A stretch of 64,000 nt of DNA from Planctomycetota bacterium (GTDB lineage Bacteria > Planctomycetota > UBA1135 > UBA2386), in NCBI GenBank assembly GCA_965223545.1, contig OZ245006.1:3808001-3872000 (forward strand). The letters run 5' to 3'. The notes under the pieces are model-generated. The model saw only the letters and a program-made list of their open reading frames with translations, searched no databases and was not told the origin of the DNA. Numbering within the stretch: position 1 is the stretch's first letter; the number at the start of each line of letters is the position of its first letter. A program made the translations under genes and the position numbers. Positions 1 through 9,886 of this stretch are shown here, in pieces.

Positions 1-1125
1 CCGTCACACTCGACCATGTTCACGGGCAAGTACCGGCACGAGATCTCGTCGGGCTGGACCAGGCCGCTCGACACTTCGTACCCCGTGCTGGCAGAGCGGC
101 TGATCGCGATGGGCTACAGCACGGCCGGCTTCGTCGGCAATCTCGGCTACTGCTCGCGCCGGCACGGCATCGATCGCGGCTTCGGCCACTACGAGGACTT
201 CCACTGGACGTTCGGCACGCTCCTGCTGAACACCAGCCTCGGCAACTTCGTCGCATTCCTGTTCAAGGGGCCGGGGTTCGTCGAGCAGATGCGCAACGAT
301 GCACCGACCGTGGCCAACGGATTCCTCGATTGGCTCGACGACCAGCCGCAAGACGGCCAGCCCTTCTTCGCGTTCCTCAACTTCTTCGACGCGCACGCGG
401 TCTACGACCCACCACCCGACCTGGAGAACATGTTCTTGCCGCGCAGCGATGTTCTCAAGCAGCACACGTCGGACGCGACGGTCTGGAGCGAGGAACAACT
501 CGCCGGCATCGTCGCCGCGCATGACGCCTGCATGTTCGCCATCGATCGCGAGATCACGCGCATCGTGGACAACCTGCGCGACCGCGGTGCGCTGGAGCGG
601 ACCCTGATCGTGATCACCGGCGACCACGGCGAGCAGTTCGGCGAGAACGGCCTGATGGACCACGCCAACAGCCTGTACCGGCCCCTCCTGCACGTGCCGA
701 TGATCTTTCACTGGCCGGGCGAGCTGCCCGCGCGCCGGATTCCCGACTGGGTCAGCATGCGCGACATCCCGGCCACTGTGCTCGACCTCGTCGACGCACC
801 CGCGGCGCTGTCATTGCCGGGCAACTCGCTGCGCCATCATTGGCAACCAGAGCTTACAGCGCCGGCCGAACCATCGCCTCTGCTCTCCCAGGTCGCCGCC
901 GGCATCCGCCGCCCGAAGTGGGAACCGGTCTCGCGCGGGGGAATGCAGTCCATCGCCGTCGGCAGCTTGCACTTCATCCAGTGCGACGACGGCAGCGAAG
1001 AGCTCTACGACATGGCGGCCGATCCGCGCGAAGAGAACAACTTGATCGACGACCCGGCCTATGCCGATCGCCGCGATGCGATGCGCAAGGAGCTCGCCGA
1101 ACGCTTGCGCGACCGATTGCGCTGA
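1..1125 (+). CDS. Sulfatase-family (alkaline phosphatase superfamily) protein, 5' partial
   Basis: Frame is open from base 1: PSHSTMFTG, then FFAFLNFFDAH, TLIVITGDHGE, LHVPMIF, ELYDMAADPREENNL. Confidence 0.9.
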   Translation, partial: PSHSTMFTGKYRHEISSGWTRPLDTSYPVLAERLIAMGYSTAGFVGNLGYCSRRHGIDRGFGHYEDFHWTFGTLLLNTSLGNFVAFLFKGPGFVEQMRNDAPTVANGFLDWLDDQPQDGQPFFAFLNFFDAHAVYDPPPDLENMFLPRSDVLKQHTSDATVWSEEQLAGIVAAHDACMFAIDREITRIVDNLRDRGALERTLIVITGDHGEQFGENGLMDHANSLYRPLLHVPMIFHWPGELPARRIPDWVSMRDIPATVLDLVDAPAALSLPGNSLRHHWQPELTAPAEPSPLLSQVAAGIRRPKWEPVSRGGMQSIAVGSLHFIQCDDGSEELYDMAADPREENNLIDDPAYADRRDAMRKELAERLRDRLR

Positions 1126-1273
1126 ACGCGCAAGGGTTTGGCCTACGCCGGCGCCGATCGGACAGCGATCGACACGTCATAAGGGACTTTGCACGCAAGC
1201 ACTTCGGCAACGACCGCGGGCGACAGCTCGCGGAGAGTTGCGCCCCCACCCTCTCGCAACTACGATTCGCGTC

Positions 1274-1750
1274 ATGCGCACGGGAAGGCTACCGGGCCAA
1301 GAAGAGGCCCTCGCCGAGATGCTGCGCGCGAAGCGAAGACTCGCGCGCCGGCGGTTCCTGCGAATCGCGGGTGGTGGTATGGCCATCGGCCTTGCGGGCG
1401 GAAGCGCGGTGACTGCGCTGGTCATGGCCTCGTCCGCGGATCGTGTGACGCCGCCCACCACGGACACGCCTTTGGAGCACTCACCAAACAAGGAACAACA
1501 GTGGGCCGCTGAGCTCGCCAGCCACGGTACGGAGCGCCAGCTTCTCGATCAGGGATCCTTGTTCTTGACCGTCGCCGAACACAATCCGTCAGACCGACAA
1601 CTCTGGCAGGGTGTGCTGCGGCTCGGCTTCGCTCTCCTCGAAGACGACGGCCGGCACAGCGCGCTGCGCCGACGTCTCATTCACGTGCTCGGGAAGCCCG
1701 AGGCCCCGCCCATTCTGGCTCCCCTGCGCAACCGCCTTCGATCGCCATGA
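1274..1750 (+). CDS. Hypothetical protein with a twin-arginine-like, membrane-anchoring N-terminus
   Basis: ARRRFLRIAGGGMAIGLAGG followed by a hydrophobic stretch. Start uncertain; ATG 1274 chosen within ORF 1061..1750. Confidence 0.6.
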   Translation: MRTGRLPGQEEALAEMLRAKRRLARRRFLRIAGGGMAIGLAGGSAVTALVMASSADRVTPPTTDTPLEHSPNKEQQWAAELASHGTERQLLDQGSLFLTVAEHNPSDRQLWQGVLRLGFALLEDDGRHSALRRRLIHVLGKPEAPPILAPLRNRLRSP

Positions 1751-1788
1751 TGGCCTCACCTCTCCTTCGCTTCACCGTTTCGTGAACC

Positions 1789-2040
1789 ATGGTTAACGGC
1801 AAGCTCAGCGCTGAGCCGAACCCGGCAACCGAGGGGAGCCAGGTCGAGGTGACCTACACCGGCGGGGACGTCGTGTACTACTCGGTGGACGGCGACAGCT
1901 GGACCGAGCTGCCGGTCGACCCAAAAACCGGCGAGGGGACGATCACGATTCCGGCGGGATCGAACTTCGTCACGATCTCCGATCGCAAGATCCCCGAGGC
2001 CTCGACGGTTTGTGTGGAAGTGATGAGGACCAGCCGATGA
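1789..2040 (+). CDS. Small beta-rich (Ig-like?) hypothetical protein, 83 aa
   Basis: Realistic composition with alternating beta-strand pattern; stop overlaps the next ATG (ATGA 2037-2040). Confidence 0.7.
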   Translation: MVNGKLSAEPNPATEGSQVEVTYTGGDVVYYSVDGDSWTELPVDPKTGEGTITIPAGSNFVTISDRKIPEASTVCVEVMRTSR

Positions 2041-3173
2041 CCCATTGTTTGCGTGCCTGCAGCATCTCCCTGATCGCCAGCGGGGCGGTTGGCTTGCCCG
2101 CCGCGGCCCAGAACCAAGCTGTGATCCCCGCGATCCACGCGACGCAAGACGCACCCTCGCTCCGATCACTGGCGGGCTTCTGTGCCAACGAGCGACAGCA
2201 GTTCTTGATCGGTCCGAGCCACCTCGCCGCGCTGGCCGGTCGATCCTTGGTCGGCTTCGCGGTGCGCCGCGACAGCCACTACGACCGCGCGCTCGGCAGC
2301 GCCCAGGCACAGCTCTCCGTCAGCCTCTCGGACCGCGCCGGCGATCCCGATCGACCCTCGCCGCAGTTCGCCGCGAACCGGGGCGCGACGCCACGCCAGG
2401 TCTTCTCGGGCAGCGTTGCGGCGCCGGCGTCTCCCGCACTGGGCAGCGGCGCGACCGCGCCGTGGGATGCCGCGCACAGCATTCGCATCGCGTTCGCGCA
2501 GCCATTCCCGTACGCCGGCGGCACCCTGTGCGTGGAGATCGACGGCTACCCCGTCGTTGGCACCACCGAGTGCTTCTGGCCCATCGACGCCGCCGCGGCC
2601 AGCACTCCTGGCGGCGCGGTGCAGCATCTGGGTGCCGCGTGCGGCCCCTTCGCCGCGAGCGGGCTGACGGCTTCGGCCGTGCCCGAGACGCTGCGGCTCG
2701 GCAACACCGCGGTCTTGATCGCCTGGGGTTTGCCGTCGACACCCGCCGTCGCGCTGATCGGCAGCGGGCCGCTGTCGCCACCACTCGATCTCGGGCCAAT
2801 GGGCGCCACCGGGTGCACGCTGCAAGTGAACCCCAGCTTGTCGCTACCGCTGCAGTTCGGGAGCGCGCCCCCACTCGTCAACTCGGGCGCCGCGAACTTG
2901 CGCGTGCAGGTCCCGACTTCACCGACTCTCGCCGGCGGCTCCCTGTTCGCGCAGTGGTTGAACATCGAGACTTCGCTGCCCCGCACCCAATGGAGCAACC
3001 CCGCCGGGATCACGGCCAGCAACGGTCTGCAGGCCACCCTCTCGAGCGCGGTCACCGCGAGCCTCGACATGGCGATGATCACCTCGGCCGCGATGCCCAG
3101 CGGCGCGCCGCTGCCGAGCACGGGCGAGACCGTCCTGCACAAGGCACCGGTGGTCGAGCTGTTGTGGCAGTGA
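2037..3173 (+). CDS. Secreted hypothetical protein with the shared C-terminal-type domain
   Basis: Signal peptide ending AAAQ; contains LDLGPMGATGCTL...VQVPTSPTLAGGSLFAQW...SNG. Confidence 0.8.
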   Translation: MTHCLRACSISLIASGAVGLPAAAQNQAVIPAIHATQDAPSLRSLAGFCANERQQFLIGPSHLAALAGRSLVGFAVRRDSHYDRALGSAQAQLSVSLSDRAGDPDRPSPQFAANRGATPRQVFSGSVAAPASPALGSGATAPWDAAHSIRIAFAQPFPYAGGTLCVEIDGYPVVGTTECFWPIDAAAASTPGGAVQHLGAACGPFAASGLTASAVPETLRLGNTAVLIAWGLPSTPAVALIGSGPLSPPLDLGPMGATGCTLQVNPSLSLPLQFGSAPPLVNSGAANLRVQVPTSPTLAGGSLFAQWLNIETSLPRTQWSNPAGITASNGLQATLSSAVTASLDMAMITSAAMPSGAPLPSTGETVLHKAPVVELLWQ

Positions 3174-3208
3174 CGGGTTGATCCCGAGAACCGTCCCACC
3201 ACTCACGG

Positions 3209-4981
3209 TCAGAGCCCGACGATCGAAGCAATCGATCCCGTGCTGACCACGCCCAGTGGATTGCTCGGCGCGACGGGGTCGTGCACCAACCACGTACCGA
3301 ACAATGCACGCCCGACCAACGCCAATCGGTTGGGCACCTGCAGTGCCACGGACGCCGCGCCCGCGACGTCCGTGGACGTGGCGAGCGTCATCTCGGGTGC
3401 CGAGGCCAGCCAACATCCAGGCCCTGCGCCAAACGTCTGCAGGCTCAGGGGGAGGCGTAACCCGTTCCATCGGTCCATCGATCCGCCGAGCAACAGGGCG
3501 GCCGCCGCGGACCCCGCCGCGCTGGCGAGCTGCACCGCGTAGGCGGCGCCGATCCGGGGCACCCCCTGGGCCGTGATCGACGGAACGCCGGCCGAGCCCT
3601 GGCAAGTGCTCGGGCTGTAGAGCACCGTGCTGGCGAGCGGCGAGCGCAAGCGCCCGATCTCGTTGAGCAGTGCTGCGTGACTTTGTCGCTCGGCCGCGGT
3701 CATCGTTCGGCTCAGGACGTTGGTCGTCTCCCACGGATCGGTGCGCAGGTCGAAGAGCTCATCGGCGCCGCTGACACGATGGATGAGCTTGTAGCGCACG
3801 TCGCGAATGACGGCGTGACCGTTCTGTAGAGGGAGCGGCCACGCCGCACCGGTGAACTCCTCGCAGTAGGTGAACTGACGCTGTGGCACAGCGGCCGGAT
3901 CGCTCAAGTACGGCATCAGGCTCACACTGTCGTGCACCACGTACGCGGGCAACGCAGACCGTGCGCCACACAGCTCGAGCACCGTGGCAAACACGTCGAC
4001 CGAGCACGCCAGGGCGTCGACCTCTCGGCCCGGAGAGGCGACGGCCGGACCAGCGACGATCAGCGGCACGTTGATGCCGCCCTCGTAGGGCGTTCCCTTG
4101 GCCCGGCTCGGGTTGAAGGGAGCCACCGCCTGCTGCTGGACCGAGCCGTTGTCCCCGATGAACACGATGTTGGTCTGCGCCAACACCGCCGGGCCGAGCT
4201 GCCGGAGCAGACGGCCGATCTCGGTATCGAGCGACTCGACCATCGCCCGGTAGAACGGCCGGTTCTGCGGCGTGTGGGTTTGCACCGGCGTCAGACCGCT
4301 CAGATTCTGCGTGTGCAGGTTGGCCGGAGGCGCGTGGTACGGAATGTGTGGCGCGTGATAGGTCAGGTGCAGAAACCACGGCTGGCTCTGCTGCCCGATC
4401 CAACGCAGCGCGTCGTCCGTCGTCTGCGTCGTGCAGTATTGAGTCGAGATCCCGGCAACGCCGTTCTCGACCCGAGTCCACCGAAAGTAGCTCGCGATCT
4501 GCCCCTCCAGCGATCCCGCGTAGTGCGAAAACCCGCCGATCGCGCGGGGTGCGTCCAAGCCATGCGTGACGTCATGTACGTGCCACTTGCCCACGCACGC
4601 GTGGGCGTAGCCCCGCGCCGAGCGGTCCAGCAGCTCGGGCAGCGTCCACTCCGACGGCAACAACGTGCCGATCGGCTCCGAGTTGCTGAGGTGGCGGATC
4701 CACCGGCCGACGAATGTGCGGAACGCGTAGCGCCCGGTCAGGATGCTGGCGCGGGTCGGCGAACACGACGGATTGGCCCAGGCATTGCGGAACAGGACAC
4801 CGCGCTGGGCGAGCGCGTCGATGTTGGGCGTCGGTGGCGGGCTCGTGCCTTCGCGGTAGGCGCCGACGTAGTCGACGCCCAGATCGTCGGCGACGATCAG
4901 CAGTACGTTGGGATCTGAAGACTGGCTGGCGGCGACCGCGGCGGTCAAGAGAACCGCAGTGAGCGCATGGGTGATTCGCAT
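3209..4981 (-). CDS. Secreted Cys-type (formylglycine) sulfatase with C-terminal accessory domain
   Basis: Signal peptide MRITHALTAVLLTAAVAASQ; PNVLLIVADDLG; canonical CSPTRASILTG; GKWH; GDNG. Confidence 0.92.
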   Translation of the reverse strand: MRITHALTAVLLTAAVAASQSSDPNVLLIVADDLGVDYVGAYREGTSPPPTPNIDALAQRGVLFRNAWANPSCSPTRASILTGRYAFRTFVGRWIRHLSNSEPIGTLLPSEWTLPELLDRSARGYAHACVGKWHVHDVTHGLDAPRAIGGFSHYAGSLEGQIASYFRWTRVENGVAGISTQYCTTQTTDDALRWIGQQSQPWFLHLTYHAPHIPYHAPPANLHTQNLSGLTPVQTHTPQNRPFYRAMVESLDTEIGRLLRQLGPAVLAQTNIVFIGDNGSVQQQAVAPFNPSRAKGTPYEGGINVPLIVAGPAVASPGREVDALACSVDVFATVLELCGARSALPAYVVHDSVSLMPYLSDPAAVPQRQFTYCEEFTGAAWPLPLQNGHAVIRDVRYKLIHRVSGADELFDLRTDPWETTNVLSRTMTAAERQSHAALLNEIGRLRSPLASTVLYSPSTCQGSAGVPSITAQGVPRIGAAYAVQLASAAGSAAAALLLGGSMDRWNGLRLPLSLQTFGAGPGCWLASAPEMTLATSTDVAGAASVALQVPNRLALVGRALFGTWLVHDPVAPSNPLGVVSTGSIASIVGL

Positions 4982-5031
4982 ACAGCGGGTTGGTTGACGG
5001 GCGCCCAAAGTAACCCGAGATCGCGTCGCGC

Positions 5032-7011
5032 TCAGCGCGTCTCGAATCCCACCCGCTCCAGCGCAAACGCGGCCGTGGCCTGCTCTCCGCGCACGCGCAC
5101 CGTGATCAGCTGCTCGGCCTCGCCGACACCGGCGGCAGCGGCTTCGACCGCGAGCGAGAACCCCCCGCGCACGGTCGCGCGCGCCAGCCGCCGATCCCCG
5201 ATGGTGACGCCATTGCCCGCGATCTCGACACGGAGCTCGCTGCCGTCGGTGCGACCGGCGAGCACCAGCCGGGGCTGGTCGGCACCTCGGTGCAACAGAA
5301 CGCGTGCGAGGGGCCCACACCACACACCGCCGTCGCGGTCCTCGAACCCGTACATCAGCTTGTCGTGGTGCTCCGGCTCATCGGCGCGGATCATCGCGCT
5401 CGACGCGTAGCGCCCGTTCCAGTCGCTGAAGATCCACTCTTCGTAACTCTCCGGGTCGAAGGCCGGCAGCGCGGTGTCGTAGTTGCGCAGGAAGAACCGG
5501 CTCTCGACGTACGGCCGCCAAAACCACGCGACGCTGTTCGCCATGCCGAAGCCACCGTCGGCAGCGCGGCCATAGCGGCCCCCGAGGATCACGTGTGGCA
5601 ACTTCGACAGCACGTAGTCCCGGTTGGCGTAGACGGCCTCCGCCAACGAGTAGTGCGCAAAGGCGCGGGCCAGCACCTTGTCGTTGAGACCGATCATGTC
5701 GATGCCGGCATGGTCGACGTGGAACGGCAGGTAGCCGAACTCCGACGCCGCGTACGGGCGTCGCGCATCGCGCAGCCGCGCGCGCAGATCGACGACCGCG
5801 TGGTAGTGGCCGGCTCCGGCCCGCTGCAGCTGAATCCGCGGATCGGCAAAATCCAGTTGCCACCACCGATGGTGCTCGACGCGCTCGGTGGCCGCCGACA
5901 CCGTCAACAGAACGGCCATCAGTGGCGCGAGCACGACGGCCCGCCCCGCGCAGACCATCATCCCGGCGGCGCCGACCACCAGCACCGGGTAGTGCGTCAG
6001 CAGGAACCGCCCGTATGGCATGTAGTCGCCGCCCGAGTACGCCACGAAGTACAGCTGGCTGGCGACGAACGCGAGCGGTACCGCTGCGCGCAGGGCAACG
6101 GCGCGCTGCGCCCGCACCCGTGCGGCGCGCAACAGGACGGCCACCACCGCGACGGCGAGCAGGCCCAGTGCTGCGGCGAACGCGACCCCCTTCGCCGCCA
6201 GGTACTCGAGCAGATAGCGCGCGGGGTTGCCCCAGTGGGCCACCGCCAGCTTCACGTTGGTCGGGTTGGGCACGACCCCGCCGAAGTACCACTGCTTGGC
6301 CCAGAGCTGCACCGCCGTCAACGCCGCAAAGACGAGCAACGCCGGCAGGGGCCGTGCCAGGGCGGAGCGCCAGCCGCGATCATTCGCCAGGTCGATCGCG
6401 AACAGGCAGCCAAACGCGACCCCCACGTTCATCAGCCCCTCGGGCCGGAGGTTCGCGCTGAGCCAGCACAACACTGCCAGACCGATCAGCCCCCGCCGCC
6501 CGGTGCGCCGGGCTGCGGCTACGGTCCACGCGCACAGGACAGTGACCACCAGCGCGTAGCTCGTGGTCTCCAGCCCCTGGCAAGACCAAAACGCCAAGAA
6601 CTGGGACGCCGCGATCGGCGGAACGGCGAACCACACCCACGACCGATGGCGGCCGGCGATCGCCCGCACGCAGATGAACGCCGCCACGGCGGTGGCGGCG
6701 AACGCCAACAGGCCGATGATCTTCGTCGCGTGCACCAAGTCGGCGCCGACGAGCCGCGCCAGCGCCAACAGACCGACCAGCACTCCGTTGGAGTAGCCCT
6801 CCTCCGTCGGGCCGCCCGGATAGCTGACCAGCCCCTCGCCGTCGGCCAAGTGACGCGCATAGCGCAGGGTGATCCAGGCGTCCTCGTTGGTGCTGGCATA
6901 GAACTGAAGCCCACTCAGCACCGCGATCGCGGCCCCGACGGCGCACACCGCGGCCACCGCCGCGGCCGAGGTCGCGGCAGGCGGCGGCGGCGAGTCGGCG
7001 GAGTCAGCCAT
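5032..7011 (-). CDS. Polytopic membrane glycosyltransferase-like protein (GT-C type)
   Basis: EDAWITLRYARHLADGEG, EGYSN, GLET, RPEG, GGDYMPYGRF, DMIGLND motifs; many TM segments. Start 7011 or 7029. Confidence 0.75.
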   Translation of the reverse strand: MADSADSPPPPAATSAAAVAAVCAVGAAIAVLSGLQFYASTNEDAWITLRYARHLADGEGLVSYPGGPTEEGYSNGVLVGLLALARLVGADLVHATKIIGLLAFAATAVAAFICVRAIAGRHRSWVWFAVPPIAASQFLAFWSCQGLETTSYALVVTVLCAWTVAAARRTGRRGLIGLAVLCWLSANLRPEGLMNVGVAFGCLFAIDLANDRGWRSALARPLPALLVFAALTAVQLWAKQWYFGGVVPNPTNVKLAVAHWGNPARYLLEYLAAKGVAFAAALGLLAVAVVAVLLRAARVRAQRAVALRAAVPLAFVASQLYFVAYSGGDYMPYGRFLLTHYPVLVVGAAGMMVCAGRAVVLAPLMAVLLTVSAATERVEHHRWWQLDFADPRIQLQRAGAGHYHAVVDLRARLRDARRPYAASEFGYLPFHVDHAGIDMIGLNDKVLARAFAHYSLAEAVYANRDYVLSKLPHVILGGRYGRAADGGFGMANSVAWFWRPYVESRFFLRNYDTALPAFDPESYEEWIFSDWNGRYASSAMIRADEPEHHDKLMYGFEDRDGGVWCGPLARVLLHRGADQPRLVLAGRTDGSELRVEIAGNGVTIGDRRLARATVRGGFSLAVEAAAAGVGEAEQLITVRVRGEQATAAFALERVGFETR

Positions 7012-7131
7012 CGGACGGCGCGCAACCATAGCGCCGAACCCGGCCCGAGACCGCGATCCCCAACCGCCGGAGAGCCTGGGCGCAAAAACACCAGGTCGCG
7101 ATGCGCGCTTCGTTCCGTTCTTGCGAGTCCC

Positions 7132-9654
7132 GTGACAACCGTGACAAATCTCCGCGCCACGGCAACCCTGGGGTTGCTCGCTTGTTCCGTGCCGGCACAG
7201 TCCGCTCCGCTCGCCTTCCGCGTCGTCGACGAGCGACCGGTGTTGGCTGCCGACGTCTCCTTGCTCTACCCGCGCGCCGCGGTCGGCGACCTGACCGGCG
7301 ACGGATGGCCCGACGTCGTGTTCGGCCATCCCGGCCTGCTGGTCAACCAGCGCGGCCATTGGCGCGACGAGTCGACCGCGCGCCTGGGCGCCGTTACCGC
7401 CGGCGCCGCGCCGCAGTCGGTGCTGGTGCGCGACCTCGACGCCAACGGCGATCAGGACTTGGTGGTGCTACAGCACGTGCGCGGCGTCGCCGAGGTCCGC
7501 GTGTGGATGCAAGCCGCCGGCGCGTTGGTCGAAGGGTTCGTTCTCACACCCACCGGCCCCTTTGCCGACGTGGAGGCCGCCGACCTCGACGGCGACGGCG
7601 ATCTCGATCTGGTGCTCTCCGGCGGCACGACCGAGGCATTGGCCCAGCTCGTGCCGGGAGTGTTCTCCGTCCGGCCCTCGCCGTTCCCGACCGGGGCGGG
7701 CCCTCTCGGTCAGCTGACCCCAGCGGACGTCGATAGCGACGGCGATACCGACTGGCTGACGACGACCGGATTGGTACTGCGCAATCAAGGCGGCGTGCTA
7801 CAGGCGGATCCCGCCTCGGGGTTGGCGGTCACCCGCTCGTCGGGGATCGGCGACTACCCGCTGACGGCGGACCTGGACGGCGACGGCGATGCCGACGTGC
7901 TGGTCAACGACACTCCCTACCTCAACGACGGGACGGGTCGCTTCTCCGCCGGCGCATCCCTGCCGTTGCCGCGAGGCTTCGAGCCGCGGGCGCTCACCGA
8001 CATCAACGGCGACGGGAACATCGACGTGTTGTGCGGTGCGTGGCAACCCGACCCGCAGATCGGCAGCGCCGGCCTCGTGTTCCGCAACGACGGCCGCGCC
8101 GGATTCTCCACGCTGCCCGTCGTCGTGCCGACCGGCGCCTCTGCCGTTGTCGCCGCGGTCGGCGCGGACCTCGACCGCGATGGCGATGGCGACCTGCTGC
8201 TGATGGACACGACCCGCGGCGGCAGGAAGTGGATCGCGATCAACGATGGCCGCTTCCTGCGCGCAGTCGGCCTGACACCCCGCTTCCCCGCGCCGTGGCC
8301 GGGACTCGGCCCGCACGCCGTCGCGGCGGATCTCGACTTCGACGGCGACCCCGAGTGGATCTCCCTGGGCGTGGTCTACCGCAACTCCGGAGCCGGTGAG
8401 TTCACGGTCGCGCAAAGCGGGCTGCCGCGCGGTCCGCTGGCCGTCGGTGACGTCGACGCCGATGGCGACCTCGACCTCGTCATCGGCGCCGCACCGAGTG
8501 CGCTGTGGCTCAACGACGGCACGGGCACGCTGTTCGACGCGACCGCCGGGCGTCTGCTCGACGCGGAGCGGCACCGAGAGCTGTGTTTGGTCGACCTCGA
8601 CCGCGACGGCGATCTGGATCTGGTGACAGCGACGGCGCCCGACGCCAGCAGCGGCACTGCCGGCTTGAACCGCGTGTTCCTCAACACTGGCAACGGCGTG
8701 TTCTTGTTGTCCGTGGTCGCGATTCCAGCCGTGGCCGCGGCGAGCACGGCGGTCGCCACCGGTGACTTCGACGGTGACGGCGACGTGGACCTGGCGTTCG
8801 CCAATGACGACGCGCCGGACGTGCTGTACGGCAACGACGGCAGTGCGCGGTTCTCGCGGAGCACCGGCTTCGCTCCTCCCGACGAGGGCACCCGCACGCT
8901 GATCGCCGTCGACGTCGAGGGAGACGGCGACACCGACCTGCTTGCCGGGTTGAACGCCGGCAGCGCCCGCCTGTGGATCAACGACGGCAGCGGCGGCTTC
9001 GCCGACGAGGGTTTCCTCCGCTTGCCCGTCCCCCTGACGGTTGGCCACGCGACCGCCGGCGACATCGACGACGATGGCGACACCGACCTGGCACTGGTCA
9101 CCGGCGTCGGTCCGCTGCCGACCCTGCTGGTCAACGACGGTTTGGGGCGGTTCGCCAACGTGACCCCCCAGCGGCTCGAAGTCGCGCTGAGTCCAGCGCC
9201 AGCCACCCGGGTCCACTTGGTGGACGTGGACACCGACGGCGATCTCGATCTCGGCGTCAGCCTGTCGGGCGCGTTCGCCCCGCGGGGGTCGTTGTTCATC
9301 AACCACCACCGCCAGCTGACGGTGCCCAGCGTTTGGTCGCTGGGCACGCGGTTGACCATGCGCCTGACGATGGAGCCCGGCTACGACCAAGCGCCGCGCT
9401 TCGCGCTGCCGCTGATCGCCAACCGGGCTCTCCACCTGCCGCTCGGAGCACTGGGAACCCTGGGCCCCGACCCGACCCGCGCGGCACCGCTGCCGTTGCT
9501 GACGCTGGCGCGCGGCGTGGCCGAGGTCGAGCTCGCCGTCGCCATCCCCAACCAACCCGCACTGCGCGGCCTGCCTCTGTGGCTGCAGGCCCTCGCGATC
9601 GACAGCCTCGGCGGCGCGCGCCTGACCCACACGGTTGCCGATCGAGTCCGCTGA
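7132..9654 (+). CDS. Secreted FG-GAP/VCBS-repeat protein with C-terminal accessory domain
   Basis: Many DxDGDGDxD ... NDGxGxF repeats; signal peptide after GTG 7132 or 7141. Confidence 0.9.
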   Translation: MTTVTNLRATATLGLLACSVPAQSAPLAFRVVDERPVLAADVSLLYPRAAVGDLTGDGWPDVVFGHPGLLVNQRGHWRDESTARLGAVTAGAAPQSVLVRDLDANGDQDLVVLQHVRGVAEVRVWMQAAGALVEGFVLTPTGPFADVEAADLDGDGDLDLVLSGGTTEALAQLVPGVFSVRPSPFPTGAGPLGQLTPADVDSDGDTDWLTTTGLVLRNQGGVLQADPASGLAVTRSSGIGDYPLTADLDGDGDADVLVNDTPYLNDGTGRFSAGASLPLPRGFEPRALTDINGDGNIDVLCGAWQPDPQIGSAGLVFRNDGRAGFSTLPVVVPTGASAVVAAVGADLDRDGDGDLLLMDTTRGGRKWIAINDGRFLRAVGLTPRFPAPWPGLGPHAVAADLDFDGDPEWISLGVVYRNSGAGEFTVAQSGLPRGPLAVGDVDADGDLDLVIGAAPSALWLNDGTGTLFDATAGRLLDAERHRELCLVDLDRDGDLDLVTATAPDASSGTAGLNRVFLNTGNGVFLLSVVAIPAVAAASTAVATGDFDGDGDVDLAFANDDAPDVLYGNDGSARFSRSTGFAPPDEGTRTLIAVDVEGDGDTDLLAGLNAGSARLWINDGSGGFADEGFLRLPVPLTVGHATAGDIDDDGDTDLALVTGVGPLPTLLVNDGLGRFANVTPQRLEVALSPAPATRVHLVDVDTDGDLDLGVSLSGAFAPRGSLFINHHRQLTVPSVWSLGTRLTMRLTMEPGYDQAPRFALPLIANRALHLPLGALGTLGPDPTRAAPLPLLTLARGVAEVELAVAIPNQPALRGLPLWLQALAIDSLGGARLTHTVADRVR

Positions 9655-9756
9655 GCCTCGGGGTCCGAGGATGTTCGAGCGGCAACAACCTTTCGGAAGG
9701 CTCGATGCCGCTGGAACTTCGACAACGCAGCTCCCGGAGGCTCGAAGACAACACTG

Positions 9757-9865
9757 GCCTCTGGGCTCAGCGCGGCCGCCGGCGACCGCGGGACCCGCGA
9801 CCGACGCTCGAGTCGCGGAATGCTCCGTGTTTGGTTGCGGCCTCGGCCGCGCTGAGCCAAGAGGC
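9757..9865. repeat. 22-bp imperfect inverted repeat (long stem-loop or MITE-like)
   Basis: gcctctgggctcagcgcggccg (9757-9778) and cggccgcgctgagccaagaggc (9844-9865) are 21/22 complementary. Confidence 0.75.
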
Positions 9866-9886
9866 ACTGTGCGCTACAGTGCCGCG

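Noticed and set aside
5290..7131. Long N-terminal extension of the 1454-aa ORF (likewise 54793-55647, 40750-42453, 44667-45308, 28553-29143)
   Set aside because: Open frames overlapping real genes, a common artefact of high GC; signal peptides, SDs or stop/start overlaps mark later starts.
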